A DNA stretch of 33,321 nucleotides from an uncultured Bacillota bacterium (GCA_946540075.1 CAMNHZ010000003.1:1-33321); one strand, 5' to 3'; numbered from the stretch's first letter, positions 18,948 through 27,700 are shown. Numbers and translations: made by a program. The notes: generated by a model not told the origin, from the sequence alone.

Positions 18948-20263
18948 AAATATGTGAAGTATTTATTGGTTCATTAATTACAGTTATAGCTCAATTATAT
19001 ATATGGTTTAGATTATCTAATAAGAAGATAGGTGATTTGTCTAGTAAAGTATATCTTTTCTTAGTACTACTTGCAATAGTGATGACGATTAATTATCTTT
19101 ATATAAATAAGTTTTTTCGTATAATAATTATTGTAGGTTGTATGATTTTGTTTGTATATAAAGTATTAAAAAGGCCAATAAAGAATTCTATAATTATGGT
19201 TTTATATAGTGAATTACTAGCAGTTATTAGTGAAGTTATATTTATATCAGCTATATCATATATAGGTAATTATGATATCAATTCTTTAGAAAAATATTCC
19301 TTTGGTAAGTTATTAACTAATGTTGTTATTGCAGTTCTGTCAATTATTATTTTTAACATTGTAGATAAAATTAAATTTTTACAAGATAAAGTTAGTATTA
19401 TAAGTAATTACCCAAAAAGAAAATTGATACTTATATCAATATTATATATATTTATTGTTAACTTTTTCATTATGCAGTCATATTATAAAATAACTTTGGG
19501 TTTTCTATTGATTCTGAATGCATTTAATATCGTTATTTTTACATTTATTATTATACAAATAATGAATGAGTATTCAAATAATGTCGCAATAAAGAACAAG
19601 TATGATATTTTAATGAGTAAATCAATTGATTACGAAAATATAATAGACAGTCAAAGAATGGAAAACCATGAAAACAAAAATGACTTATATGTTTTAAAGA
19701 CAATGATTCCATCTAGCAATAAGGAAGCACATGAACAATTAGATTTAATGATTAATGAATATGAAAATAGAGAAATTGAATATCAACAAAATAAAGATTT
19801 ATATCAAAAAACGCTAAGAATACCATCTGGTGGTCTTAGGGGACTTTTTTATCAGAAATTATTGTATATTGAGAATAATAATATTGAGTATTCTCTTAGA
19901 GTTAGTAAAAATATAAATAAAGATAGTTTAAATGATTTAGATAAGTATGAACGCAGAAATTTATGTAAAATAATAGGAGTATACTTAGATAATGCTATTC
20001 AAGAAGTAGAAAAAATAGATAATAAAAAAATTAGAATTGATTTAAAACTAGATAAAAAGGTGTTTCAAATTAGTATATCTAATAGCTTAGGTAAAATTCT
20101 TGAAATTGAAAAAATAAATGACAAGGGATATAGTACTAAAGGTAAAAAACACGGATATGGTCTTTCTTTAGTTAATGATATTTTAAAAGAAAGTAAAAAA
20201 ATTACTAGTGAAACAAGTATCACAGGTAGTATCTTTAAACAGACAGTAAAAATAAAAATATAG
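18944..20263 (+). CDS. agrC: AgrC-like membrane sensor histidine kinase (GHKL)
   Basis: About 6 N-terminal TMs, H-box NHENKNDL, LDNAIQ, GYSTKGKKHGYGL; 4-bp overlap with agrA. Confidence 0.85.
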   Translation: MKICEVFIGSLITVIAQLYIWFRLSNKKIGDLSSKVYLFLVLLAIVMTINYLYINKFFRIIIIVGCMILFVYKVLKRPIKNSIIMVLYSELLAVISEVIFISAISYIGNYDINSLEKYSFGKLLTNVVIAVLSIIIFNIVDKIKFLQDKVSIISNYPKRKLILISILYIFIVNFFIMQSYYKITLGFLLILNAFNIVIFTFIIIQIMNEYSNNVAIKNKYDILMSKSIDYENIIDSQRMENHENKNDLYVLKTMIPSSNKEAHEQLDLMINEYENREIEYQQNKDLYQKTLRIPSGGLRGLFYQKLLYIENNNIEYSLRVSKNINKDSLNDLDKYERRNLCKIIGVYLDNAIQEVEKIDNKKIRIDLKLDKKVFQISISNSLGKILEIEKINDKGYSTKGKKHGYGLSLVNDILKESKKITSETSITGSIFKQTVKIKI

Positions 20264-20286
20264 TTTAAAAAACTATATTTTTATTT
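20250..20286. terminator. Bidirectional terminator between agrC and agrD
   Basis: Perfect 17-bp inverted repeat AAATAAAAATATAGTTT-AAA-AAACTATATTTTTATTT spanning both stop codons. Confidence 0.7.
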
Positions 20287-20403
20287 AATTAAAGATTTTG
20301 GTGTTTCTGGTTCATCAGCGACAACAATTACGCAAGCGCTTGAACCAAGAGTAGCTACGAAAGCTCCAACCTTTGCTAAAATAGTTGATAAAACAGCAAC
20401 CAT
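20281..20403 (-). CDS. agrD: AgrD cyclic-thiolactone autoinducer precursor, 40 aa, not in the ORF track: MVAVLSTILAKVGAFVATLGSSACVIVVADEPETPKSLIK
   Basis: Manual translation; RBS AAGGAAGG; 45 nt downstream of agrB; hydrophobic leader, single Cys, acidic follower DEPETPKSL. Confidence 0.9.
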   Translation of the reverse strand: MVAVLSTILAKVGAFVATLGSSACVIVVADEPETPKSLIK

Positions 20404-20448
20404 CTATTCTTCGCCTTCCTTTCTTTTTATATACCTTACTTTATAAAA

Positions 20449-21057
20449 TCAAATACCATTACTTTGATAATTTTTATAATTATCATATGGTAATTTAAAT
20501 GCTTTATAGACATATGGTGAAATCATAAAGCATTGTACTACTAAAGCAAACATAAATGCATTTGCTAAGAACATGTCATTGATAAAAATTGATGAAAAAG
20601 ACATAATAATGGCCATTAAAGTTGATATCAATTTAAATCTTTCTCGTCTAGTTTTACTAATGATTGGTCTTTTATACGTATCAGCAGGAGCATTTTTATA
20701 TACTCTTAAGATACATATTGAGCAAATCACAGCTCTTTGAATGCAGGATATCTCCACATGTTTACATATTAGAGGGACTCCAATAAAAATAATTGTTGAA
20801 GCAATCCAACACATCCAGCTTTTAGTAGCATGTAATCCAAAAGAGGGTGTCCTTATTATGTTGTAAATTAATAAGAAGATCACCACTTCCTTAAAAATAT
20901 GCAGAAAGATCGATACTACAAATATAAATACTAATTTAGTTAATAAAATATATATAGATTCTAACCCATATCTAATAATAGATAGTTTTTCTTGATCATA
21001 TTCTTTGTTTGAATTGGATATTAACTTTATACAACCATCTAAAACTAAATTTTTCAT
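20449..21057 (-). CDS. agrB: AgrB peptide-processing membrane protease
   Basis: IRYGLE, RTPSFGLHATKSWMC (catalytic His and Cys), APADTYKRPI; ATG 21057 (track TTG 21063). Confidence 0.9.
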   Translation of the reverse strand: MKNLVLDGCIKLISNSNKEYDQEKLSIIRYGLESIYILLTKLVFIFVVSIFLHIFKEVVIFLLIYNIIRTPSFGLHATKSWMCWIASTIIFIGVPLICKHVEISCIQRAVICSICILRVYKNAPADTYKRPIISKTRRERFKLISTLMAIIMSFSSIFINDMFLANAFMFALVVQCFMISPYVYKAFKLPYDNYKNYQSNGI

Positions 21058-21091
21058 ATTCAAATACCACTCTACTTTCTACACTTTACTG

Positions 21092-21157
21092 ATTTTATCA
21101 CTATAAAGAATTATTTTAGATTTTATGTCTTAAAAAACACGAAAAATATGTCTAAAA
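21092..21157 (-). promoter_or_regulatory. agrBD promoter with candidate LytTR direct repeats
   Basis: Minus strand: TTTTAGACATA (21147-21157) and TTTAAGACATA (21124-21134), poor -35, extended -10 TGaTAAAAT (21092-21100). Confidence 0.6.
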
Positions 21158-21385
21158 GAGTTTTTTATAACTTAATTTAATTGTAATTTTACATTTTAAA
21201 CAATTTTATGAATACTTTGAGCAAATAAATAAAAAAATATCAAATAAAAGGGTAAAATCGTAGTTACCTTGCTTTATAGGAATCGCTAATTTGTAGTATT
21301 TTGTCGACTCTTTTTTCTTGTAATAACAAGAAAATAAAATTAAAATAAAATTGTAAGGCAGTAAATTACTAGGAGGGAGATTTAT

Positions 21386-21601
21386 ATGATGCGTGGTAAA
21401 GTAAAATGGTTTAATAATGAAAAAGGATTTGGTTTTATTGAATACAAAGAAAACGAGGATATCTTTGTTCATTATTCTGCTATATTATCTGAAGGATATA
21501 AAACCTTAGTCGAAGGTCAATATGTTGAATTTGACTTAGTACGTACTGACAAAGGTTTACAAGCAAAAAATGTAGTTGAAATAAAAACTGCTCTTGTTTA
21601 G
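21386..21601 (+). CDS. Cold-shock protein (CspA family)
   Basis: [24 protein letters not shown]; promoter TTGTAA-17-TAAAAT at 21318-21346; terminator overlapping the stop. Confidence 0.95.
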   Translation: MMRGKVKWFNNEKGFGFIEYKENEDIFVHYSAILSEGYKTLVEGQYVEFDLVRTDKGLQAKNVVEIKTALV

Positions 21602-21722
21602 CAGTTTTTTTATGTAAAAATGTTGTAATTCTTTAATATAATAAATGTATATTTTTAAATAAAGAAAAAAATGACAAAAATAAATATTTGTGCTACAATA
21701 AAACTAGAAAGGATGGATATGT

Positions 21723-22244
21723 ATGTTATTTAATATTCGTGGTGATAAGATTGAAATCACAGAGTCAATAAAAGAGTATATTGACAAGAGGATAGGGAGG
21801 TTAGATAAGTATTTTAGAAATCCTGGAGAAATGAAAGCTAATGTAAAAGCTAGACTAAGTGGAATCAATCAAGTGATTGAAGTTACGATACCTATAAAGA
21901 AAGGTGTATTACGTGCAGAAGATCGTGATAAAGATTTATATGCAGCAATAGATAAAGTTACTGAAAAACTTGAAAGACAAATTCGCAAGAACAAAACAAA
22001 AATTATGAATCATCGTAATGTTAAGAATACTTTTAATGATGTAGAAATCGAAGAAGTTCCAGATAATAAAAAAGTTGTTAAAAGAAAATTAATTGAAACT
22101 AAACCAATGAGCGAAGAAGAAGCTATTCTTCAAATGGAATTAATCGATCATGATTTCTTCATTTTTAAAGATGCAGAAGATGATAGTGTTGCGGTTGCTT
22201 ATAAGAGAAATGATAAACAATACGGAATAATTAAAATAAAATAG
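21723..22244 (+). CDS. hpf: Ribosome hibernation promoting factor (long HPF / RaiA)
   Basis: LRAE...DLYAAID...LERQIRKNK, C-terminal KPMSEEEAILQMELIDHDFFIF. Confidence 0.92.
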   Translation: MLFNIRGDKIEITESIKEYIDKRIGRLDKYFRNPGEMKANVKARLSGINQVIEVTIPIKKGVLRAEDRDKDLYAAIDKVTEKLERQIRKNKTKIMNHRNVKNTFNDVEIEEVPDNKKVVKRKLIETKPMSEEEAILQMELIDHDFFIFKDAEDDSVAVAYKRNDKQYGIIKIK

Positions 22245-22248
22245 ATAT

Positions 22249-22271
22249 AAGGAGTGAAAACTCCTTTTTTT
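22249..22271 (+). terminator. Intrinsic terminator
   Basis: AAGGAGT-GAAA-ACTCCTT followed by a T-tract. Confidence 0.85.
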
Positions 22272-22316
22272 GTTACTAAAATTTAATTACTTAAATATAA
22301 TTATAATGGTGATACT

Positions 22317-22562
22317 ATGATTAAATTACAAAATATTAGATCATATTTATTAGATGAACAATTTAAAATAACAATAATTAATAATAATGTTGATATAGTT
22401 AATTTTACATCAATAGGTCATTTTGATGATACTAAAATTATTGTTAGATATAATAATGGAAGTGTCGTCGTTAAAGGAGAAAAACTAGTAGTTAAAAAGT
22501 TGCTAATTGATGAAATATTAATTGGTGGAAAAATAAAAAGTATTGAGTTGATTAATATATGA
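22317..22562 (+). CDS. yqfC: YabP/YqfC-family sporulation protein
   Basis: Small beta-rich protein ending VKGEKLVVKKLLIDEILIGGKIKSI, directly upstream of and overlapping yqfD. Confidence 0.75.
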   Translation: MIKLQNIRSYLLDEQFKITIINNNVDIVNFTSIGHFDDTKIIVRYNNGSVVVKGEKLVVKKLLIDEILIGGKIKSIELINI

Positions 22563-23722
22563 AATCTAAATTAAAACTTAAGGTTGTTGGAAAGAATCCC
22601 AACTTATTTTTTAGAAGATTGATTAGTAATGGTATTAATATATATAATCTAAGTCAAATAGATTATAAAACTATTGAAATAGTTATTTTAGAAGAAGATT
22701 ATGAAAAGCTAATGAAGATTAGATCTGTATACGATGTAACTATATTAAATAGTTATGGTATCAGAAAAGTAAGAGAATTAATCAGAAAAAATAAAATTTT
22801 AATGATAAGCTTAATTATAAGTATCTTATTAGTATATATGCTATCAAATATTATTTTTAAAATTGAAATAGTACATAATGATAGTAACATAAGACAATTG
22901 CTTTCTAAAGAATTAGAAAGTAACGGTATAAAGAAATACTCTATAAAAAAAGATTATCATAGTATTCAAAGAATAAAGAATGGTATTTTAAATAAATATA
23001 AAGATAAACTGGAATGGATTGAAATAGAAAATATTGGGACAAAATATGTTGTTAGAGTTGAAGAAAGAAAAATAAATAAGAAACGTAAGGAATCAGCTAT
23101 AAGAAATATAGTAGCTAAAAAGAGTGCGACGATAAGAAGGATATATACTAAAAAGGGAGAGGCTATAAAAGGAATTAATGACTATGTAAACAAGGGAGAT
23201 GTAGTCATAAGCGGGGAGATAAAATTAAATGATGAATCTAAAAATATGGTATCTGCTTCTGGGACAGTATATGGAGAAGTGTGGTATAAAGTAAAGGTCG
23301 ATATGCCTCTTGAATACCATGAAAAAAAATATACTGGAAGGAGTAAGAAAGTATATGCAATTAATTTTTTAAATTATAGTTTTGAATTGTTTAATTTTAA
23401 TAAGTTTAAAGATAAAGAAAAAAAATCAAAAGTTATATTAAAAGATATGATTTTGCCAATAAGTATTGAAAAACAATATCAAAAAGAAATAATTAGAATA
23501 GATAAAAAATATAAAGAAGAACAAGCAATTACAGCTGCAACTAATTATGCATTAGATAAAGTAAGACATGATTTGAAAGAAAAAGAGTATATAATTGGTA
23601 AAAAAGATTTGAAAGTTGCGCTAAAAGATAGTAAAATAGAAGTGAATGTATTTGTAGCTGTATGTGAAAACATAACTCAGTATCAAAGTATATCTGTAAA
23701 TGATGATTTAAAAAAGGAGTGA
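22559..23722 (+). CDS. yqfD: Sporulation protein YqfD
   Basis: One TM, WIEIENIGT...VEE, NIVAKK, VNKGDVVISG, GTVYGEVWY. Confidence 0.85.
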   Translation: MKSKLKLKVVGKNPNLFFRRLISNGINIYNLSQIDYKTIEIVILEEDYEKLMKIRSVYDVTILNSYGIRKVRELIRKNKILMISLIISILLVYMLSNIIFKIEIVHNDSNIRQLLSKELESNGIKKYSIKKDYHSIQRIKNGILNKYKDKLEWIEIENIGTKYVVRVEERKINKKRKESAIRNIVAKKSATIRRIYTKKGEAIKGINDYVNKGDVVISGEIKLNDESKNMVSASGTVYGEVWYKVKVDMPLEYHEKKYTGRSKKVYAINFLNYSFELFNFNKFKDKEKKSKVILKDMILPISIEKQYQKEIIRIDKKYKEEQAITAATNYALDKVRHDLKEKEYIIGKKDLKVALKDSKIEVNVFVAVCENITQYQSISVNDDLKKE

Positions 23723-23730
23723 TAAGTAAT

Positions 23731-24345
23731 ATGATCAGTGAAACAATATTAAATATTTTTTCCAGTGTCTGGCCAATGTTACTTATATTTATAACAATAA
23801 TTATATCTATGCGTATTACTTATCTAATTGATCATAAAGGGGAACCTTATTATTTATATAAAGATTTAATGGTTTTAGGATTTGTCATATATATATTGTG
23901 TTTGTTCCATGTTGTAACTTTTCAAGATGTAAGTTGGTCAACTTCTAATTTTATACCATTTAAAGAAATGTTAAGATATGATTTTGGGACAATGATGTTT
24001 TATAAAAATGTTTTAGGAAATATGATTATGTTTATTCCATTTGGTTTTTTTACATCATATTTTTTGACTATTAAGGATAAATATAAAATATTTATTTTAT
24101 CAATTATAACTTCAATTACTATTGAAACCACACAACTTATGATAGGTCGTGTATTTGATGTAGATGATATACTATTAAATGTATTTGGAGGATTAATAGG
24201 ATATTTAGTATATAGATTTTTAGATGGAATTAAGGAAAGATTACCAAAATTCTTACAAAAAACAATTGTATATAATATTATAATGTTTTTAGTTCTTATA
24301 TTAATATTTGCTTATTTATACATGATAATTTATTGGGGGATATAA
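23731..24345 (+). CDS. VanZ-family membrane protein
   Basis: NFIPF, NVLGNMIMFIPFG, IETTQ, GRVFDVDDILLNVFGGLIG; ATG 23731 (track GTG 23719). Confidence 0.88.
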   Translation: MISETILNIFSSVWPMLLIFITIIISMRITYLIDHKGEPYYLYKDLMVLGFVIYILCLFHVVTFQDVSWSTSNFIPFKEMLRYDFGTMMFYKNVLGNMIMFIPFGFFTSYFLTIKDKYKIFILSIITSITIETTQLMIGRVFDVDDILLNVFGGLIGYLVYRFLDGIKERLPKFLQKTIVYNIIMFLVLILIFAYLYMIIYWGI

Positions 24346-24346
24346 A

Positions 24347-24793
24347 ATGAATCAGGTTAGTATATATAATGAAACAGATGAAAAATTAAATGAGATAGAT
24401 GAATTACCTAAATTAATTGATTATATGATTAAGTTCGAAAAGTTGGATAATCTAATCTTTAATGTTATTATAGTAGATAATGAATATATTCATAAATTAA
24501 ATAGAGATTATCGTAATATTGATAGACCAACTGATGTTATAACTTTTGCACTAGAGGATAATGGAAAAATCGAATTAGAAGGTGGAAGAGTGTTAGGAGA
24601 TATATATATATCGATTGATAAAGCTAAAGAACAAGCTAAGGAATATAATCATAGTTTAAAACGAGAATTATCATTTTTAATGGTTCATGGATTTTTGCAC
24701 CTATTAGGATATGATCATATGAATGAGGAAGATGAAAAGGTTATGTTTGATAAGCAAGAAAGGATATTAGATAGTTATGGTATCACACGTTAA
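24347..24793 (+). CDS. ybeY: rRNA maturation endoribonuclease YbeY
   Basis: LNRDYRNIDRPTDVITF, LGDIYIS, HGFLHLLGYDH. Confidence 0.96.
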   Translation: MNQVSIYNETDEKLNEIDELPKLIDYMIKFEKLDNLIFNVIIVDNEYIHKLNRDYRNIDRPTDVITFALEDNGKIELEGGRVLGDIYISIDKAKEQAKEYNHSLKRELSFLMVHGFLHLLGYDHMNEEDEKVMFDKQERILDSYGITR

Positions 24794-25169
24794 AAAGAAT
24801 ATAGCAAAAATGCTTAAAGGAACTGGATATGCAGTAGATGGAATTATTTATGCTAATCGTTATGAACAAAGTTTTTTACTCATAGGAATTACGTTATTTT
24901 TGATTCTAGTATTAGGAATTGTATTCAAAATTAGTTTATTAGAATGGGCAATAAGTGTATTCTTGCTTGGAATTATAAGTGCATGTGAATTAATTAATAC
25001 ATCAATGGAGGCAGTAATTGATTTAATTTGTCCAAAGATTCATCCTCTTGCCAAAATAGGTAAAGACACTGCAAGTTCAGCTGTGTTTATAATATCGACA
25101 GCTGCATTTGTTACTTGGTTAGTAATTTTTGTTCCTAAAATAATTAAGATGTTGGAGGTATTACGATGA
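24777..25169 (+). CDS. dgkA: Diacylglycerol/undecaprenol kinase family protein (copy 1)
   Basis: ELINTSMEAVIDL, HPLAKIGKDTAS; three TMs. Confidence 0.8.
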   Translation: MVSHVKKNIAKMLKGTGYAVDGIIYANRYEQSFLLIGITLFLILVLGIVFKISLLEWAISVFLLGIISACELINTSMEAVIDLICPKIHPLAKIGKDTASSAVFIISTAAFVTWLVIFVPKIIKMLEVLR

Positions 25170-25564
25170 CCGAACAAGAAAGAAAAAAATTAAAACAACA
25201 CGGTATAGGAAGATTTTTTAGAAGTTTTAAGTTTTCAATGCAAGGATTACAATATGCATTTAAGTATGAACAAAATATTGTTATACATTTAATTATTACA
25301 GTACTTGTAATATGTTTAGGATTATATGTTAATTTGAATTTTAATGAATGGATTTTTGTAATCTTATTGATTGGACTTGTAGTAGCTACAGAACTAATTA
25401 ATACTTCTATAGAAGCAGTAGTAGATCTTGCTTGTACGGAGATTCATCCTCTTGCAAAAGTTGCTAAAGATACAGCTGCAGCATCAGTATTGATATTTGC
25501 TTTAACATCAGTAGTAGCAGGTGGTCTAATATTTGTCCCAAAAATCATTGAAATATTATTCTAA
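25166..25564 (+). CDS. dgkA: Diacylglycerol/undecaprenol kinase family protein (copy 2)
   Basis: SFKFSMQGL...EQNIVIH, ELINTSIEAVVDL, HPLAKVAKDTAAASV. Confidence 0.88.
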   Translation: MTEQERKKLKQHGIGRFFRSFKFSMQGLQYAFKYEQNIVIHLIITVLVICLGLYVNLNFNEWIFVILLIGLVVATELINTSIEAVVDLACTEIHPLAKVAKDTAAASVLIFALTSVVAGGLIFVPKIIEILF

Positions 25565-25629
25565 AGATTTGCAAAAATTAGAAAAGTTTGTTATAATTAT
25601 AACGTTGTTTAAAAAACAATGTTTTATTT

Positions 25630-25706
25630 GCGCTTGTAGCTCAGCTGGATAGAGTGTTTGGCTACGAACCAAAAGGTCAGGGGTTCGAATCCCTTCAGGC
25701 GCGCCA
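25630..25706 (+). tRNA. tRNA-Arg(ACG)
   Basis: Acceptor stem GCGCTTG/CAGGCGC, anticodon arm TTTGG-CTACGAA-CCAAA, TTCGAAT, encoded CCA; promoter TTGCAA-17-TATAAT 25569-25597; terminator AAGACATA/TATGTCTT downstream. Confidence 0.96.
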
Positions 25707-25799
25707 TTATGTAAATCAAGACATATTTATTATGTCTTTTTTTTATAACTAATACAAATTTTATTTGTTTAATGATATAATTATATTTAGGTGAATAGT

Positions 25800-26792
25800 A
25801 TGGAGTATATTTTGAATGAAAAAAATGACAAGAAAATAACTCTTAAAAAATTTCAGAATGAATTACTCTCAATGATGAAGGATATAGATAAGATTTGCGT
25901 TAAAAATAATATCAAATATATTCTTTATGGTAGTTCAGTATTAGGTGCTGTTTGTTATAAAGGTTTTAGATCTTGTGATGATAATATAAGTATTGCAATG
26001 ACAAGAGATAATTATTATAAATTAATAAAAGCATTAGAACATAATTCTGATTATACTGCTCAATCTTATGAGTTGGATAAGAGATATCTTGTTACTGGAC
26101 CTGCAATGAAAATAAGAAAATTAAATACTTATGTAGAAGAAAAAAATATATTTTTAAATAATAAATGTAGTGATTGTGATGGTATTTATATTAATGTATT
26201 TATAATTAGTAATATATCTAGAAGTAAATTGATTGATTTTATTGTTAGATATTTAAATGCTTTTATTGCGTTAGTTATTATAACGTTTGAATTCGTTGAA
26301 ATTAATCCAACATTGTTGAAAAGATTATATAAATGGAATTCTAAAATGTATGATAAATTAAATAAGAAGAGTAATTATATAGGTGAAGATATTACAAATT
26401 TTAAAAGTATATTAAAGTTAAATTCTTATAAGTATGATGACATATTTCCATCTGTAAAGAAAAAATTTTGTAATACAAAGTTTCCAATTCCACATAATAG
26501 TGAAAAATATTTGTTGAAATATTTCGGGTATAATTATATGGATAATTTAACAGAAAATAAAAAGGATTTTATACATATAAAAAATGTAGATCTAAATATA
26601 ACTACTGAGCAACAAATAAAGTATATAGAAGTAAAAAAACGAAAAAAATTATTAAAACAAATCATATTATTTGGATTATGTTTGATTATTTTTTCAACAA
26701 TTTTACTTGCAGAATTCAGTTTTTTATTAGCTGGAATAGGCATAATGATTTTAGGCGTTGCGCTAATGATTCTGTTTAATACAAAAAATTAG
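25800..26792 (+). CDS. LicD-family protein with degenerate catalytic motifs and C-terminal TM pair
   Basis: GSSVLGAVCYKGFRSCDDNISIAM aligns by eye to GGTLLGAVRHxGFIPWDDDIDI; YL...FG.NYM; ATG 25800 (track GTG 25791). Confidence 0.75.
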   Translation: MEYILNEKNDKKITLKKFQNELLSMMKDIDKICVKNNIKYILYGSSVLGAVCYKGFRSCDDNISIAMTRDNYYKLIKALEHNSDYTAQSYELDKRYLVTGPAMKIRKLNTYVEEKNIFLNNKCSDCDGIYINVFIISNISRSKLIDFIVRYLNAFIALVIITFEFVEINPTLLKRLYKWNSKMYDKLNKKSNYIGEDITNFKSILKLNSYKYDDIFPSVKKKFCNTKFPIPHNSEKYLLKYFGYNYMDNLTENKKDFIHIKNVDLNITTEQQIKYIEVKKRKKLLKQIILFGLCLIIFSTILLAEFSFLLAGIGIMILGVALMILFNTKN

Positions 26793-26866
26793 GATTTATA
26801 CCTAATTTTTTAAATATTATATATAAATGTGCTATAATATTTGTGATTTGAGATGAGGTTGTTTAT

Positions 26867-27700
26867 ATGGAAAGATATCGAGAAATTGAAAAATCGATTA
26901 TAAAAAAGTACCGTAAGACAGTATGGAGTAAATTTGTTAAGGCTGTAAAAGAATATAAACTTATTAATGAAAATGATAAAATTGCTGTTTGTATATCTGG
27001 TGGTAAAGATTCATTTATATTGGCAAAGTGTATGCAGGAATTACAAAGACATGGGATATTTAAATTTGGTTTAGAATTTATTTGTATGGATCCTGGTTAT
27101 ACAAAAGAAAATAGACAAGCAATAGAGGATAATGCTAAATTAATGGGTATAGATCTTCATATATTTAATACTGAAATATTTGATACTGTATATGGTATTA
27201 CAGAAGGAAGTCCTTGCTATTTGTGTGCAAGAATGCGAAGAGGTTATTTATATAAATATGCCCAAAAACTAGGATGTAATAAAATTGCACTAGGACATCA
27301 TTTTGATGATGTGATTGAGACAATCTTATTAAGTATGTTTTATGGAGGATCATTGAATACGATGATGCCAAAACTTCACAGTACCAATCATCCGGGAATG
27401 GAACTTATAAGACCATTATACTTAGTACGTGAAGAAGATATAATTTCTTGGTGTGATTATAATAACTTAAAATTTTTAAATTGTGCATGTAGATTTACAG
27501 AATTATGTAGTATTAATGATAATTCAACTGATTCGAAAAGATTAGAAATGAAGGAATTGATTAAAAAATATCGACAAATAAATCCTTATGTGGATAAAAA
27601 TATATTTAGAAGTGTTGAGAATGTAAACCTAGAAACTATAATTAGTTATAAAAAATCAGGAGAAATCCACAGTTTTTTAGACGAATATGAACAAAAATAA
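26867..27700 (+). CDS. ttcA: TtcA-family tRNA 2-thiocytidine biosynthesis PP-loop ATPase
   Basis: SGGKDS, SPCYLCARMRRG, KIALGHHFDD, IRPL. Confidence 0.82.
   Translation: MERYREIEKSIIKKYRKTVWSKFVKAVKEYKLINENDKIAVCISGGKDSFILAKCMQELQRHGIFKFGLEFICMDPGYTKENRQAIEDNAKLMGIDLHIFNTEIFDTVYGITEGSPCYLCARMRRGYLYKYAQKLGCNKIALGHHFDDVIETILLSMFYGGSLNTMMPKLHSTNHPGMELIRPLYLVREEDIISWCDYNNLKFLNCACRFTELCSINDNSTDSKRLEMKELIKKYRQINPYVDKNIFRSVENVNLETIISYKKSGEIHSFLDEYEQK

Noticed and set aside
21206-21472. 88-aa minus-strand ORF upstream of agrB as a possible agr component
   Set aside because: Overlaps csp and its promoter; low-complexity with no family motif. The real agrD is at 20281-20403.
25718-25743. AAGACATA/TATGTCTT resembling the agrB repeat
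   Set aside because: Inverted with a T-tract, i.e. the tRNA-Arg terminator, not a direct repeat.
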